Below are positions 8,466-18,015 of a stretch of 33,515 nucleotides of DNA, in pieces. The number at the start of each line of letters is the position of its first letter. The stretch's first letter is position 1. Source of the DNA: Promethearchaeota archaeon. Lineage in GTDB: Archaea; Asgardarchaeota; Lokiarchaeia; Sigyniarchaeales; SOKP01. The position numbers and the translations under genes were made by a program. Below the pieces are notes generated by a model. The model saw only the letters and a program-made list of their open reading frames with translations, was not told the origin of the DNA and ran no database searches. The stretch lies in assembly GCA_048938445.1 (NCBI GenBank), contig JBHLME010000044.1, positions 1-33,515 of the forward strand, read 5' to 3'.

Positions 8466-9203
8466 TCAATTAATTCCCTCCCATTGGTAATAATCGTAAA
8501 AATCAGTAAAAATATTAATTTCGGGATGGGGATAAGGATTTTTTGAACGAAAAATCCAAAATTTTTCAAAAAGAGCATAATAACGGGAAAATACAAGATT
8601 TTTATAGCAATAACTTAAGGTGAGCTTAGATTCTCTGTGAAAAATTCTATTTATAATGCTGATACTTCTATATCTTCTTCTTTCCAGAGTAATATAAAAA
8701 CCATCAATTCTTTCATTTTTTCTACTATTTCTTTTAATAACATCTAAACGTTTATCATCGAGATAATATCTTAATTCATCCTTTACTCCAAATATTAAAT
8801 CTAGATCTTGATACTGTGCATCGAATTTTCCTTTAGTTCCAAGAAAATATGTTCCCATATAAATAAGTAATCGATCTTCTTCATTTAAGAATGCACTTTT
8901 AACATAATGATAAAAAAGGGTATCAAGATAACAGAAGAAATTAAAAATTATGACGATATCAATCAATTGACCCATGCTAAATTGGATTATTTGATATTCT
9001 TTCGGTATAAACTCTAAGATATTAATATATGGTAAAGAAGGAAAGAAAATTGATTTGCCAGAAGTAAAATATTCCTTTAATAAAGAAGAAAAAAACGGAA
9101 TATCTCCTAAAAACATGTTAATAAATGTAATTGGGAAACAAGAGGAAATAAAAACCAATATCAGAATACATATTAAATTTTTGAGTTTTTTATCATTTTG
9201 CAC
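8466..9203 (-). CDS. Hypothetical membrane protein
   Basis: 245-aa ORF with two hydrophobic N-terminal segments and no recognised motif; GTG start. Confidence 0.55.
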   Translation of the reverse strand: MQNDKKLKNLICILILVFISSCFPITFINMFLGDIPFFSSLLKEYFTSGKSIFFPSLPYINILEFIPKEYQIIQFSMGQLIDIVIIFNFFCYLDTLFYHYVKSAFLNEEDRLLIYMGTYFLGTKGKFDAQYQDLDLIFGVKDELRYYLDDKRLDVIKRNSRKNERIDGFYITLERRRYRSISIINRIFHRESKLTLSYCYKNLVFSRYYALFEKFWIFRSKNPYPHPEINIFTDFYDYYQWEGIN

Positions 9204-9471
9204 GTCTAAAAAGCTCCTTTCTCTGAATTGGTAAAAAGTTCTCTCCTTTTGAATGATAAAATTACTTTTGCATTAGTTATAAATATTATGATCATATAAC
9301 TACTTAGTTTTAAAAATAAAGAGAATTTTATGTTCTTTTGCTTGATATTTACTAATAATTATTCGATAGAAGTTTTAAAACGATTATTTCTCCGATCCTC
9401 ATATATTTTTTTTTTAGAAGGTTCTTAAATGAGTGTTTTATATTTTTAAAAATAAGACTTTAATTAGACCT

Positions 9472-10974
9472 TTAATTATCTTTCATTTTAGGTTTTTTCG
9501 AATCTGTGGTTAGAAGCATTGGTATTGTGCTTAAAAATAAAAGTTTATTCGCATTTTGAATAGAAGTTCCAGAAAAATGTTCCTTATCATAATTTATTAA
9601 ACTATAAAAATAAGATATTTTACTTCGTTTAAATGCTTCAGCAACTTCCAAAAATGAATTATATTTTAATTTTATCCCAAAACTCTCAGGAGATTCATGG
9701 GCAGGAGAACCAGGGAAAATATAATACGGCTCACTCATTATAGAAATTGGCTTAGAATTAGATTTTCCATATTTTAAAATACATTTAATTATAAAATTCC
9801 AATCTTTTACAATATCAATAAATTTTTGGAAAGGAAAGCCAATTGTTAACCAAATTCTTAATTTCATTCGTAATAAATTGGCATTTTTTATTAAGTCATT
9901 AATTTGACATTGAGGAAATTTAAATGTCGGATCACAAATTTTAGCTATTTTTTGATGAACTTTGGATGATAAAGTTCGAGGAGAAATACTAACTGATGAA
10001 TCTTTGTGATTGAAAGTTTCATGATAGATTTTCCACATTTCTTTAGGAAATGGTAAACGCCATATCTCTAAATCTCCTCCAATATCAAATTTTTCTTTTT
10101 GAATCAACCCAAATAATCTTTTCCAATATTTTAAATTAGCAGGATAGGTACCATGTCCGAAAAATATACTTGGAACCTTATAATTCTCGAGAATATTTCT
10201 GATATCTTCTAGTACTCTTTCTGGACTTCTGAGAATAACTTTATTGCGTCCTAATATATTTTGCTGAGCTCTCTGCCCTCCTCCACAGAACGGACAATTA
10301 AAAGGACAACCTCTTCCAACGGGTATAATACCAGAGATTCCCATAATCTTTCTACTCTGCTCAAAATAATATTTAGCATTTTTTAGTAATGATATATTTG
10401 TAAAGCTAAAATCATCTAATGTTTTTGCTGTATAGGAAATAGAATTAACTTTTATGTGTTTAGAGGAATCTCGATAAGATAAATTGGGAACCGAATCTAA
10501 AGGTTGATTTTTATTAATCTTTTGTATGTATTTTAAAAATGGAATTTCGCCCTCTCCCCTAATGACACCATCAATTGCTTTATAGTTTTTTAAAATTTCA
10601 TTATGATAATATGAAGCACTGTACCCCCCAAGAATCACTTTAGCACTGGGATTTAATTTTTTTACTAATCGAGCAACTTCAATTGCTCCATATGCATTAT
10701 GTATCCAATGTAAGTCTATTCCGCATATATTAAAATTAATATTTTTAAGATAGTCTGATATTGCCCAATTATGATTTAAATTCTGCTCTAAAGGATAATT
10801 AATAATTCTAACTCCAAAACCTTCTTTCTCAAGGACATCGCCAATAGCAAATAAACCCATTGGAATGAACATATACGAGCCCCGGGCAAATTTAGCGATT
10901 TTGCTATTAAAAGATTTTACAGTTCTAGGTGGATGAATTAAAATTACATCGTAGTTTTTCAAGATTACTGCCAA
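9472..10974 (-). CDS. B12-binding domain radical SAM protein (DLHW-motif subgroup)
   Basis: IPMG, GIDLHW, LGGYSAS, RGEGE and GRGCPFNCPFC motifs. Confidence 0.88.
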   Translation of the reverse strand: MAVILKNYDVILIHPPRTVKSFNSKIAKFARGSYMFIPMGLFAIGDVLEKEGFGVRIINYPLEQNLNHNWAISDYLKNINFNICGIDLHWIHNAYGAIEVARLVKKLNPSAKVILGGYSASYYHNEILKNYKAIDGVIRGEGEIPFLKYIQKINKNQPLDSVPNLSYRDSSKHIKVNSISYTAKTLDDFSFTNISLLKNAKYYFEQSRKIMGISGIIPVGRGCPFNCPFCGGGQRAQQNILGRNKVILRSPERVLEDIRNILENYKVPSIFFGHGTYPANLKYWKRLFGLIQKEKFDIGGDLEIWRLPFPKEMWKIYHETFNHKDSSVSISPRTLSSKVHQKIAKICDPTFKFPQCQINDLIKNANLLRMKLRIWLTIGFPFQKFIDIVKDWNFIIKCILKYGKSNSKPISIMSEPYYIFPGSPAHESPESFGIKLKYNSFLEVAEAFKRSKISYFYSLINYDKEHFSGTSIQNANKLLFLSTIPMLLTTDSKKPKMKDN

Positions 10975-11173
10975 AAATTTTGATTAGAAATGAATGGTAA
11001 TTAAATTATAGTGTAAGATATATATTTTATCATTAAATTTGTGATATGCAAAGATGAGTTATTAAAGATATATACTTTTTATTTTAATAAATAAATTAAG
11101 CAATCTAACTTACGTAAAATTTAAATATATTTTAAACGAAGGTTAAATTACAAATTTAAAATCAATTATAAAA

Positions 11174-12142
11174 ATGAATAATATGATAATTTTAGACGGA
11201 AATTTTTTCGATTTTTTGTTCATGATAGTTTTCCCTTTAGTACTACTCGGGTTACTTCTAATTATTTTTATAAGTGGACTATTTAAAAAAAAACCAAAAC
11301 AAGAACTTATGACTTTAGATGAATTTATAATGGATTGGCTTAAGGATCACGGACAAGCTCATAAATTGGAGGAACAGTTTGCTAAAATGAAAAAAGATCC
11401 TGCTGGAAAAATTTACATGCCGTTAACATATCATGGCGCAAAATTTGCCATAAGATGCGGTTTAACTCCAAATAAAGTATCTTATATTAATTTAATATTA
11501 TCATTTTTCATATTTTGGGCAGTAATAATGATAAGTAAAGGTCATACTTGTAATTTATTTTCTCAACAACCTTATTTTGGAGCTTGGTTTATTCCTCTTG
11601 CATTTTTAGCTTTATTTACAGGAATTATTGATGGAATCGATGGATCGATAGCTAGGTTATTGGATATAAAATCTAAAAGTGGTGCGTGGTTAGATAATGT
11701 GATTGACAGAATATGTGATATATTATTATTAGTTTGTTTAGTTCCCACTAGTTTTATGGTTGTTTCGATTTTAGGGTATAGGTTAGATTTTACATGGATC
11801 GTTTGGACAAATATTTTTTTAGTTTTTCTCTATGAATACATGAGAGCAAGACATGAAGGTTTAGGTCTGCATGAAGCAAAACCGTTTATTGGTGAAAGAA
11901 TAACGCGTTTTTTTCTAATATTTACATTTTTCTTGATTTACGGTATTTCGAGTTTTTTTGTATTGTTGACAAATTGGATTTATCCCTCTGCTACAAAAAT
12001 TTGGACGAATTCTCACATTGGAACAATAACATGGAATATGTTAATTTATCAAATAATCTTATTATTGATTATGGTTTTTTCATCAATTAAATTAGCCAGC
12101 TATAGTTTGAAAAATTTAAAAAGATTAGATCGTGGAGAATGA
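11174..12142 (+). CDS. CDP-alcohol phosphatidyltransferase family protein
   Basis: TPN motif plus DGIDGSIAR-x7-GAWLDNVIDRICD (canonical DxxDGxxAR...GxxLDxxxD); YMRAR and GERITR; multiple TM helices. Confidence 0.9.
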   Translation: MNNMIILDGNFFDFLFMIVFPLVLLGLLLIIFISGLFKKKPKQELMTLDEFIMDWLKDHGQAHKLEEQFAKMKKDPAGKIYMPLTYHGAKFAIRCGLTPNKVSYINLILSFFIFWAVIMISKGHTCNLFSQQPYFGAWFIPLAFLALFTGIIDGIDGSIARLLDIKSKSGAWLDNVIDRICDILLLVCLVPTSFMVVSILGYRLDFTWIVWTNIFLVFLYEYMRARHEGLGLHEAKPFIGERITRFFLIFTFFLIYGISSFFVLLTNWIYPSATKIWTNSHIGTITWNMLIYQIILLLIMVFSSIKLASYSLKNLKRLDRGE

Positions 12143-12311
12143 ATGAGGATTAAAAAATAATTAATGTAAAAAGGGGTATAACAAAATTAATTTTAAAGGA
12201 TTTTTATATTTAGTTTTACTGGTAATCTTTTTTGTTCTATTACACTTATATTTTCCACCTTATTTATCATCAGGAACAAAGACCGCAATAGATACATTTA
12301 TTGCTGACCCT

Positions 12312-13535
12312 TTGACTTATTGGTGGTTTATATTTCCCTTAATTGGTTTAATTGTATGGTTGATATTGATTATATATTATGGAAAATACTTTTTAGCTTC
12401 ATTTGGTCGTGGTTATAGAACTAAAAAGCCCTATTATCCAAAAATAAGTATAATGATTGCCTCTAAAAATGAAAGAATATTATTAGAAAGAACCTTAAAT
12501 TCGATTGTTGAATCTGATTTTCCTAAAGAAAATATCCAATTAATTATAATAACCAGTGGATCGACAGACGATACTACAGAATTTTGTTATAATTTTGCTA
12601 AGAAACATAACACAATAGATATAGAAGTTTTATCTGATGATCTTCCCAAAAAGGGAAAACCTCCTGCAATGAATTATGGTCTAAAATTCGTAAAAAATGA
12701 AATTATTGTTCTTTATGATTCTGGTTGTATTTTACAAAAAGATACATTAAAGAATTTAATATCCCGATTTCAAAAGAAAAAAATTAATGCGGTTATTGGA
12801 CCTGTTTTAGTTACAAATTGGAAGACTAATATATTGACTAGAGCGATATTTCTTGATTATTCATTTTTATCGGGAGGAGGATTATTATTTGAAACAAAAA
12901 ATAGATTAGGTAAATCAGCTTTTTCATTTGGACGAAACTTTGCAGTAAGAACGGAATATCTAAAGAAATATGGTGGATTTAACGAAGATTCAACCACAGA
13001 AGACCTTTATCTTTCTGTGCTTTTAAATATGGATGGAATAAAAATTTACTTTTCTCCTAAAGCAAAAGTTTATGAACACGTACCTAGTACATGGAAGATT
13101 TTAGCAAAACAACGTGAACGATGGCTTGCAGGATATATTTTTGATATGCCACAATTAATGGCAATGGAAGGTGAAAAAAAGAACGGAAAATCAGTAATTA
13201 TTGATAGGAATATGACAATGACATTTTTAGGAAATATTGATTCTTGGATGCCTATATTTATTGGATTAGCAATTTTATTTTTCATTATTGGAGAATTCTA
13301 CCTTCTTAGCTGGACCCTCGCCTGTTTATTCTTTCAATTTGGATTTTTGTTCAATGCTGTGCGAAAATATGGAGATAAACATTTCAGTATTTTGTTTTTG
13401 TGGCCATTATCCGGTTATATTCATCTTTATATGTTTTTACATCAGTTTAAACTTCCAAAAGAAATAAGTTGGGATAAAACTCCGATGCTTCTCGAGAAGC
13501 AAGAAGAAGAAATAATTGCTTTATCTTCTAAATAA
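12312..13535 (+). CDS. GT2 glycosyltransferase, cellulose-synthase-like membrane type
   Basis: STDDT, GKP, TED and QRERW (QxxRW) motifs, with TM helices at both ends. The true start may be upstream (see findings). Confidence 0.88.
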   Translation: MTYWWFIFPLIGLIVWLILIIYYGKYFLASFGRGYRTKKPYYPKISIMIASKNERILLERTLNSIVESDFPKENIQLIIITSGSTDDTTEFCYNFAKKHNTIDIEVLSDDLPKKGKPPAMNYGLKFVKNEIIVLYDSGCILQKDTLKNLISRFQKKKINAVIGPVLVTNWKTNILTRAIFLDYSFLSGGGLLFETKNRLGKSAFSFGRNFAVRTEYLKKYGGFNEDSTTEDLYLSVLLNMDGIKIYFSPKAKVYEHVPSTWKILAKQRERWLAGYIFDMPQLMAMEGEKKNGKSVIIDRNMTMTFLGNIDSWMPIFIGLAILFFIIGEFYLLSWTLACLFFQFGFLFNAVRKYGDKHFSILFLWPLSGYIHLYMFLHQFKLPKEISWDKTPMLLEKQEEEIIALSSK

Positions 13536-13631
13536 CTTTAAAATAAAAATTGATGAATTTTTTATTCTCAAAATTTATTAATATTTAGTATTTAAAATTA
13601 ATCAATACAGTTTTTTGTCGACGTAATTATT

Positions 13632-14936
13632 ATGGTGTTTTTAAAATTTCACGATCTTTTACCCGAAGAATTAAAAACAAAATATTTTGATTTTAAACCA
13701 TGTAATTATCCAAATGAAAAATTTTGTAAAGATTTATTAGAGCAAATAAAATTATCCTACAATAATTGTAAATATTATCAAGAAAATCTCTGTAAAAAAT
13801 TCAATTTTACGATTCCAGACTATTTAAATATCGATGATCTAGAAGCAATTCCATATATTCCGACAGAAACTTACAAAAAATCAGGAAATCGGACATTGCA
13901 ACTTTTAAAAACCACTCTTGATAATATTGCACTCTTTTCATGTTCCTCATCTACAACCGGCGATCCTTCAATAGTTCCTCGAACTTTGGAAGATTTTGAT
14001 CAATTACAGTATAATTCGATTAAAGCTTTTACTGATTTTTTTGGATGGAAAGATTTAATAGTAGGACCAAAAAAATGCGTAGTTTTTAATTTTTCACCTG
14101 ATCGATTACTAATGTCATTGATGGCAAAAAAAAATATTAAAGAATTTGAATATATAGATAAAACTCGCTATTTTACAGCATGCATGAATAAACCTTGGGA
14201 ATATTATGGGCATGAGGAATATATGGTAAAATTTAAGCATTTAAAATCAATTTGGAACGTTATTAAATCCTTTTCAATAAAAGCAGCGTTTATTTTAGAT
14301 GTAAGTAAAATGTTGAAAATGATCGAAAAAATTTTAAAGACTGGATCTTGGAAAAAAATGGAAGTAAATAAAATTTTACTTGGTGGAAGCCCACTTTTAA
14401 TGAATAATATGTTTAAAAAAAGATTATTAGAAGAAAATATATTTTATGACCTTGATGGTTTTGCTACTGTTGGATGCGGTGGTGGTGGATGGGAAGGAGT
14501 AAAAGGTGAAGCAAAATTGGATGCCGTTAATAAAGTTAAATTTATTGAATATTATGAACAAGTCTTTAATATCAAATCAAAAGATATAGCAGATATTTAT
14601 GCATTTACCGAAGGACCAACTCTTTTTGGGGGACATTGGTCTGAGAAGTACCAAGATTTTTTATTGCATTGTCCTGATACTTCCCGAATTATTGTGAGAG
14701 ATCTAAATAAATTAAAACCTATAGATAATGGTGAAGAAGGCTTATTAGAAGTAATTACACCTTATGGCGTCAACGGTACAATAAATCAAGCAGTCCTAGT
14801 TGATGATATTGTCGAGCTAATTTCAAAAAATAAGTGTTCAGAATGTGGCTATCAAGGAGCTACCTTTCGAATTCTAGGACGATTAAAAAATGCTCAAGGT
14901 AAAAGCTGTTCTTCTTTAATTAATTGGATCTACTAA
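13632..14936 (+). CDS. LuxE-like acyl-protein synthetase (ANL adenylate-forming superfamily)
   Basis: IPYIP, SSSTTGDPS P-loop, GGGGW, YAFTE, LVDD, CSECG, LGR and terminal GKSCS. Confidence 0.8.
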   Translation: MVFLKFHDLLPEELKTKYFDFKPCNYPNEKFCKDLLEQIKLSYNNCKYYQENLCKKFNFTIPDYLNIDDLEAIPYIPTETYKKSGNRTLQLLKTTLDNIALFSCSSSTTGDPSIVPRTLEDFDQLQYNSIKAFTDFFGWKDLIVGPKKCVVFNFSPDRLLMSLMAKKNIKEFEYIDKTRYFTACMNKPWEYYGHEEYMVKFKHLKSIWNVIKSFSIKAAFILDVSKMLKMIEKILKTGSWKKMEVNKILLGGSPLLMNNMFKKRLLEENIFYDLDGFATVGCGGGGWEGVKGEAKLDAVNKVKFIEYYEQVFNIKSKDIADIYAFTEGPTLFGGHWSEKYQDFLLHCPDTSRIIVRDLNKLKPIDNGEEGLLEVITPYGVNGTINQAVLVDDIVELISKNKCSECGYQGATFRILGRLKNAQGKSCSSLINWIY

Positions 14937-15006
14937 TGATTTTTTATTTTAATAAGATTAAAAATATAAAAATAACTACTAAGGTTAATTAAGGAGTATT
15001 CTTTTA

Positions 15007-16452
15007 ATGAAAATCAATCTTATTAATCCCGCACCTTCAAAAATTAAAGATGGACAGAATGAAACATTATTTTATGCTTCTTCTCCTCCGTTAGGATTAA
15101 TGTATCTTGCTACATATTTAAAAAATTCGGGTCATAAAATTTCTATTTTAGATCAAGCGGCTGTTAATTATGAGAATAGTGATGTTATTAACTGGGTTAA
15201 AAAAGGAGACCCAGATGTAGTAGGTTTTTCAATTTTATGTGCTTCTATAGAAAATGCGAAAATAATATCTAAAGCAATAAAAACCTGGAATCCTAATCTG
15301 AACACCATTTTTGGGAATTATCTTGCAACATTTTACGCAAGAAAAATCTTAGAAAATTATGATTGGGTAGATATTTGCGTGCGAGGGGATGGTGAAACAA
15401 CTTTCTCAGAGCTTACGGAAAAGATAGAATTAAACAAAAATCTTAATGAAGTTGCTGGAATAACATATAAAAGTAACGGGAAAATTATAGAGAATAAGAA
15501 TCGACAGTTAATTAAAAATCTTGATATTTTACCATTCCCCGACCGAAAATTAGTTCCAAATAACTATAAAAATCGTATTGGGGGAATTGATGTATCACCA
15601 CGAAAATTTACAACAATGGTTACTTCAAGAGGATGCCCTTTTGGATGCGATTTCTGCGCGTGCACAGCATTCTCTCAAGGGCTTTGGAGGACTCGATCAG
15701 TAAATAATATATTTGAAGAGATATGCGAATTAGCGAATCTAGGTTTTAAAGAAATCCTTTTCGTTGATGATAATTTTACATTTAATAGAAAAAGAATAGT
15801 CGAATTATGCAACAAAATAATGAAGGAAAAAATGGATATGGTATTTGTATGTGATGGAAGAGTAAATAATAGCTCCATTAATTTCCTGAGAACTATGAAA
15901 AAAGCAAATTTTGAAATCCTCATGTATGGAATAGAAAGTAGTTCTCAAAGAATATTAAATTATTACAATAAAAAAATAACACCTCAAATGAGTGAAACTG
16001 CTGTAAAAAATGCACGTAAGGCGGGTTTTAAGATGATTGTTGGGTCATTTATGATAGGTGGGCTTGATGAAACATATGCTGAGGCAATTAATACTCTTAA
16101 ATTTATTTCAAAACTCGATATTGATTTTCCTCATATAATTTTTACGCGAGCATTACCAGGAACTCAGCTTTTCAATAATTTAATCAAAAGAAAAATAATT
16201 GATGAAAATAAATATTGGGAAAGAGGAGTAGATCTTATAGATTTACCTGAAGCAAAAATGGATCGACAAGTAATTTATAAAATAATAAAAGAACAGTTTC
16301 ATTTAAATTTCTTCAGACCTAAATATTTGATTAAATCTCTTTTACGAACATTAATGAGTAGATACAGGCAAGAAATGTATTTAAATCATCTAAATTTTCA
16401 TGATTTAGATAAATTTATTAAGTTGATAAATAATCCTCCTGATTTATTTTAA
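15007..16452 (+). CDS. B12-binding radical SAM enzyme (class B; BchE/HpnP/GrsA-like superfamily)
   Basis: PPLGL, RGDGE, LPFPDR, SRGCPFGCDFC, VDDNF, GIES and PGT motifs. Confidence 0.92.
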   Translation: MKINLINPAPSKIKDGQNETLFYASSPPLGLMYLATYLKNSGHKISILDQAAVNYENSDVINWVKKGDPDVVGFSILCASIENAKIISKAIKTWNPNLNTIFGNYLATFYARKILENYDWVDICVRGDGETTFSELTEKIELNKNLNEVAGITYKSNGKIIENKNRQLIKNLDILPFPDRKLVPNNYKNRIGGIDVSPRKFTTMVTSRGCPFGCDFCACTAFSQGLWRTRSVNNIFEEICELANLGFKEILFVDDNFTFNRKRIVELCNKIMKEKMDMVFVCDGRVNNSSINFLRTMKKANFEILMYGIESSSQRILNYYNKKITPQMSETAVKNARKAGFKMIVGSFMIGGLDETYAEAINTLKFISKLDIDFPHIIFTRALPGTQLFNNLIKRKIIDENKYWERGVDLIDLPEAKMDRQVIYKIIKEQFHLNFFRPKYLIKSLLRTLMSRYRQEMYLNHLNFHDLDKFIKLINNPPDLF

Positions 16453-16474
16453 TCTAAAATTTATGGAGTGATAT

Positions 16475-17986
16475 ATGAATATGAAAATAGCGTTAATAAA
16501 TCCAAGTTTAGAAACAAAGATCTATTCTCCGTGGCCTCCTCTAGGTATTCTATATTTAGGAACTATATTGAAAGAAAATGGGTTTACAGTTAAATTATTA
16601 GATGCAGCAGCTAAATTTTATGGAAAAAAAAAAGTTATAAATTGGTTAAAATATGAAAAACCTGATATAATTGGAATTTCAGTCTTTACAGTAGCATTTC
16701 TTCCAGCAATAAATCTCATTAAAGAAATCAAAAATTGGAATCCATCTATAAAAATCATAATAGGGCATTATCATCCTAGCATGGAGGCTGAAAACATACT
16801 TCGAAAGTATGGGGATTACGTTGACTATTGTGTGAGAGGGGAAGGAGAATATTCATTCTTAGAACTATGTGAATTTTTAGATAAAAATAAAGATGGTTCA
16901 CCAAATAATATTAAGGGAATTGCTTTTCAAGATTCTAAAAAGAAAATTATCTTAACTCCAGAAACTCCCTTAATTATGGATTTAAATGATCTTCCTTTTC
17001 CTGACAGAAAACTGCTTGATTTTGATTATAAATGGAATTTTTCTGGATTTGAATTCTCAAAATCGAAACTTACTTCAATAGTCTCTTCACGTGGGTGTCC
17101 ATTTAATTGTTCATATTGTGCATGTACAAAATTTGCGAAACGCAGATTTCGACCAAGAAGTCCTGAAAATATAATCAACGAAATGCTTTTATTAGAAGGG
17201 CAAGGGTATACCCAATTAAATTTTGTCGATGATAATTTTACTTTACAACCCAAGAGAACCATAAAAATCTGTCAATTAATCAAAAAAGAAAAAATTGATA
17301 TTAATTGGCATACAGATGGACGAGTTGACCAAACTTCTCAAGAGATGTTAAATTGGATGAGAAAAGCAGGTTGCAAATCTATATGGTATGGATTTGAAAG
17401 TGCAAATCAGCGTATTCTTGATATTTATAATAAAAGAACTAAGGTATCTCAATTTTATGAGGCAATCCATAAAGCTCGTAAAGCAAAAATAGATCTTATA
17501 GTCGGTTTATTTATGCTTGGAGCACCAACAGAAACGTTAGATGAAGTAAAAAAGACTATTAAGTTTGCTGTTAATTCTGACATCGATGTGCCGTTTTTTA
17601 ATGTTGTTGAGATTTTTTCAGGAACAAAATTTTGGGATGATTATTGTTCCAAGGGATTAATTAATTCACATGATAGAGTAAAAACTTCTGTGGGTGGGCA
17701 GATCTATGAAGTTGAGCGATGGGAAACTACAACCAGAGTAATAGACTTTTTATTATCCCCTGAAGAACGAGAACAAATGTTAATTGAAATCCAAAATGCG
17801 TACGAAAAATTTTTCTCTTTTGAAAGAAAGATGATATTTATGTGGAAGATGCTCTATCGTACAATAAGAAGTAAATTCATGCTAAATATGGCATACAATA
17901 TTATGAGAAATTTTAAAGAAGCTTTAGGAGCTATATCAGCATTCAGGAGTAGTAAACCTAGAGGTTTTGGAACATACGATGAGTGA
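16475..17986 (+). CDS. B12-binding radical SAM enzyme (class B)
   Basis: WPPLG, GHYHP, RGEGE, SRGCPFNCSYC, VDDNF, GFES and GAPTE motifs. Confidence 0.92.
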   Translation: MNMKIALINPSLETKIYSPWPPLGILYLGTILKENGFTVKLLDAAAKFYGKKKVINWLKYEKPDIIGISVFTVAFLPAINLIKEIKNWNPSIKIIIGHYHPSMEAENILRKYGDYVDYCVRGEGEYSFLELCEFLDKNKDGSPNNIKGIAFQDSKKKIILTPETPLIMDLNDLPFPDRKLLDFDYKWNFSGFEFSKSKLTSIVSSRGCPFNCSYCACTKFAKRRFRPRSPENIINEMLLLEGQGYTQLNFVDDNFTLQPKRTIKICQLIKKEKIDINWHTDGRVDQTSQEMLNWMRKAGCKSIWYGFESANQRILDIYNKRTKVSQFYEAIHKARKAKIDLIVGLFMLGAPTETLDEVKKTIKFAVNSDIDVPFFNVVEIFSGTKFWDDYCSKGLINSHDRVKTSVGGQIYEVERWETTTRVIDFLLSPEEREQMLIEIQNAYEKFFSFERKMIFMWKMLYRTIRSKFMLNMAYNIMRNFKEALGAISAFRSSKPRGFGTYDE

Positions 17987-18015
17987 TTAAAAATACAATA
18001 GGATATATCAAAAAA

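Noticed and set aside
13632-14936. Bioluminescence (lux) operon
   Set aside because: No luxA/B/C/D genes; LuxE-like ligases are widespread outside luminescence.
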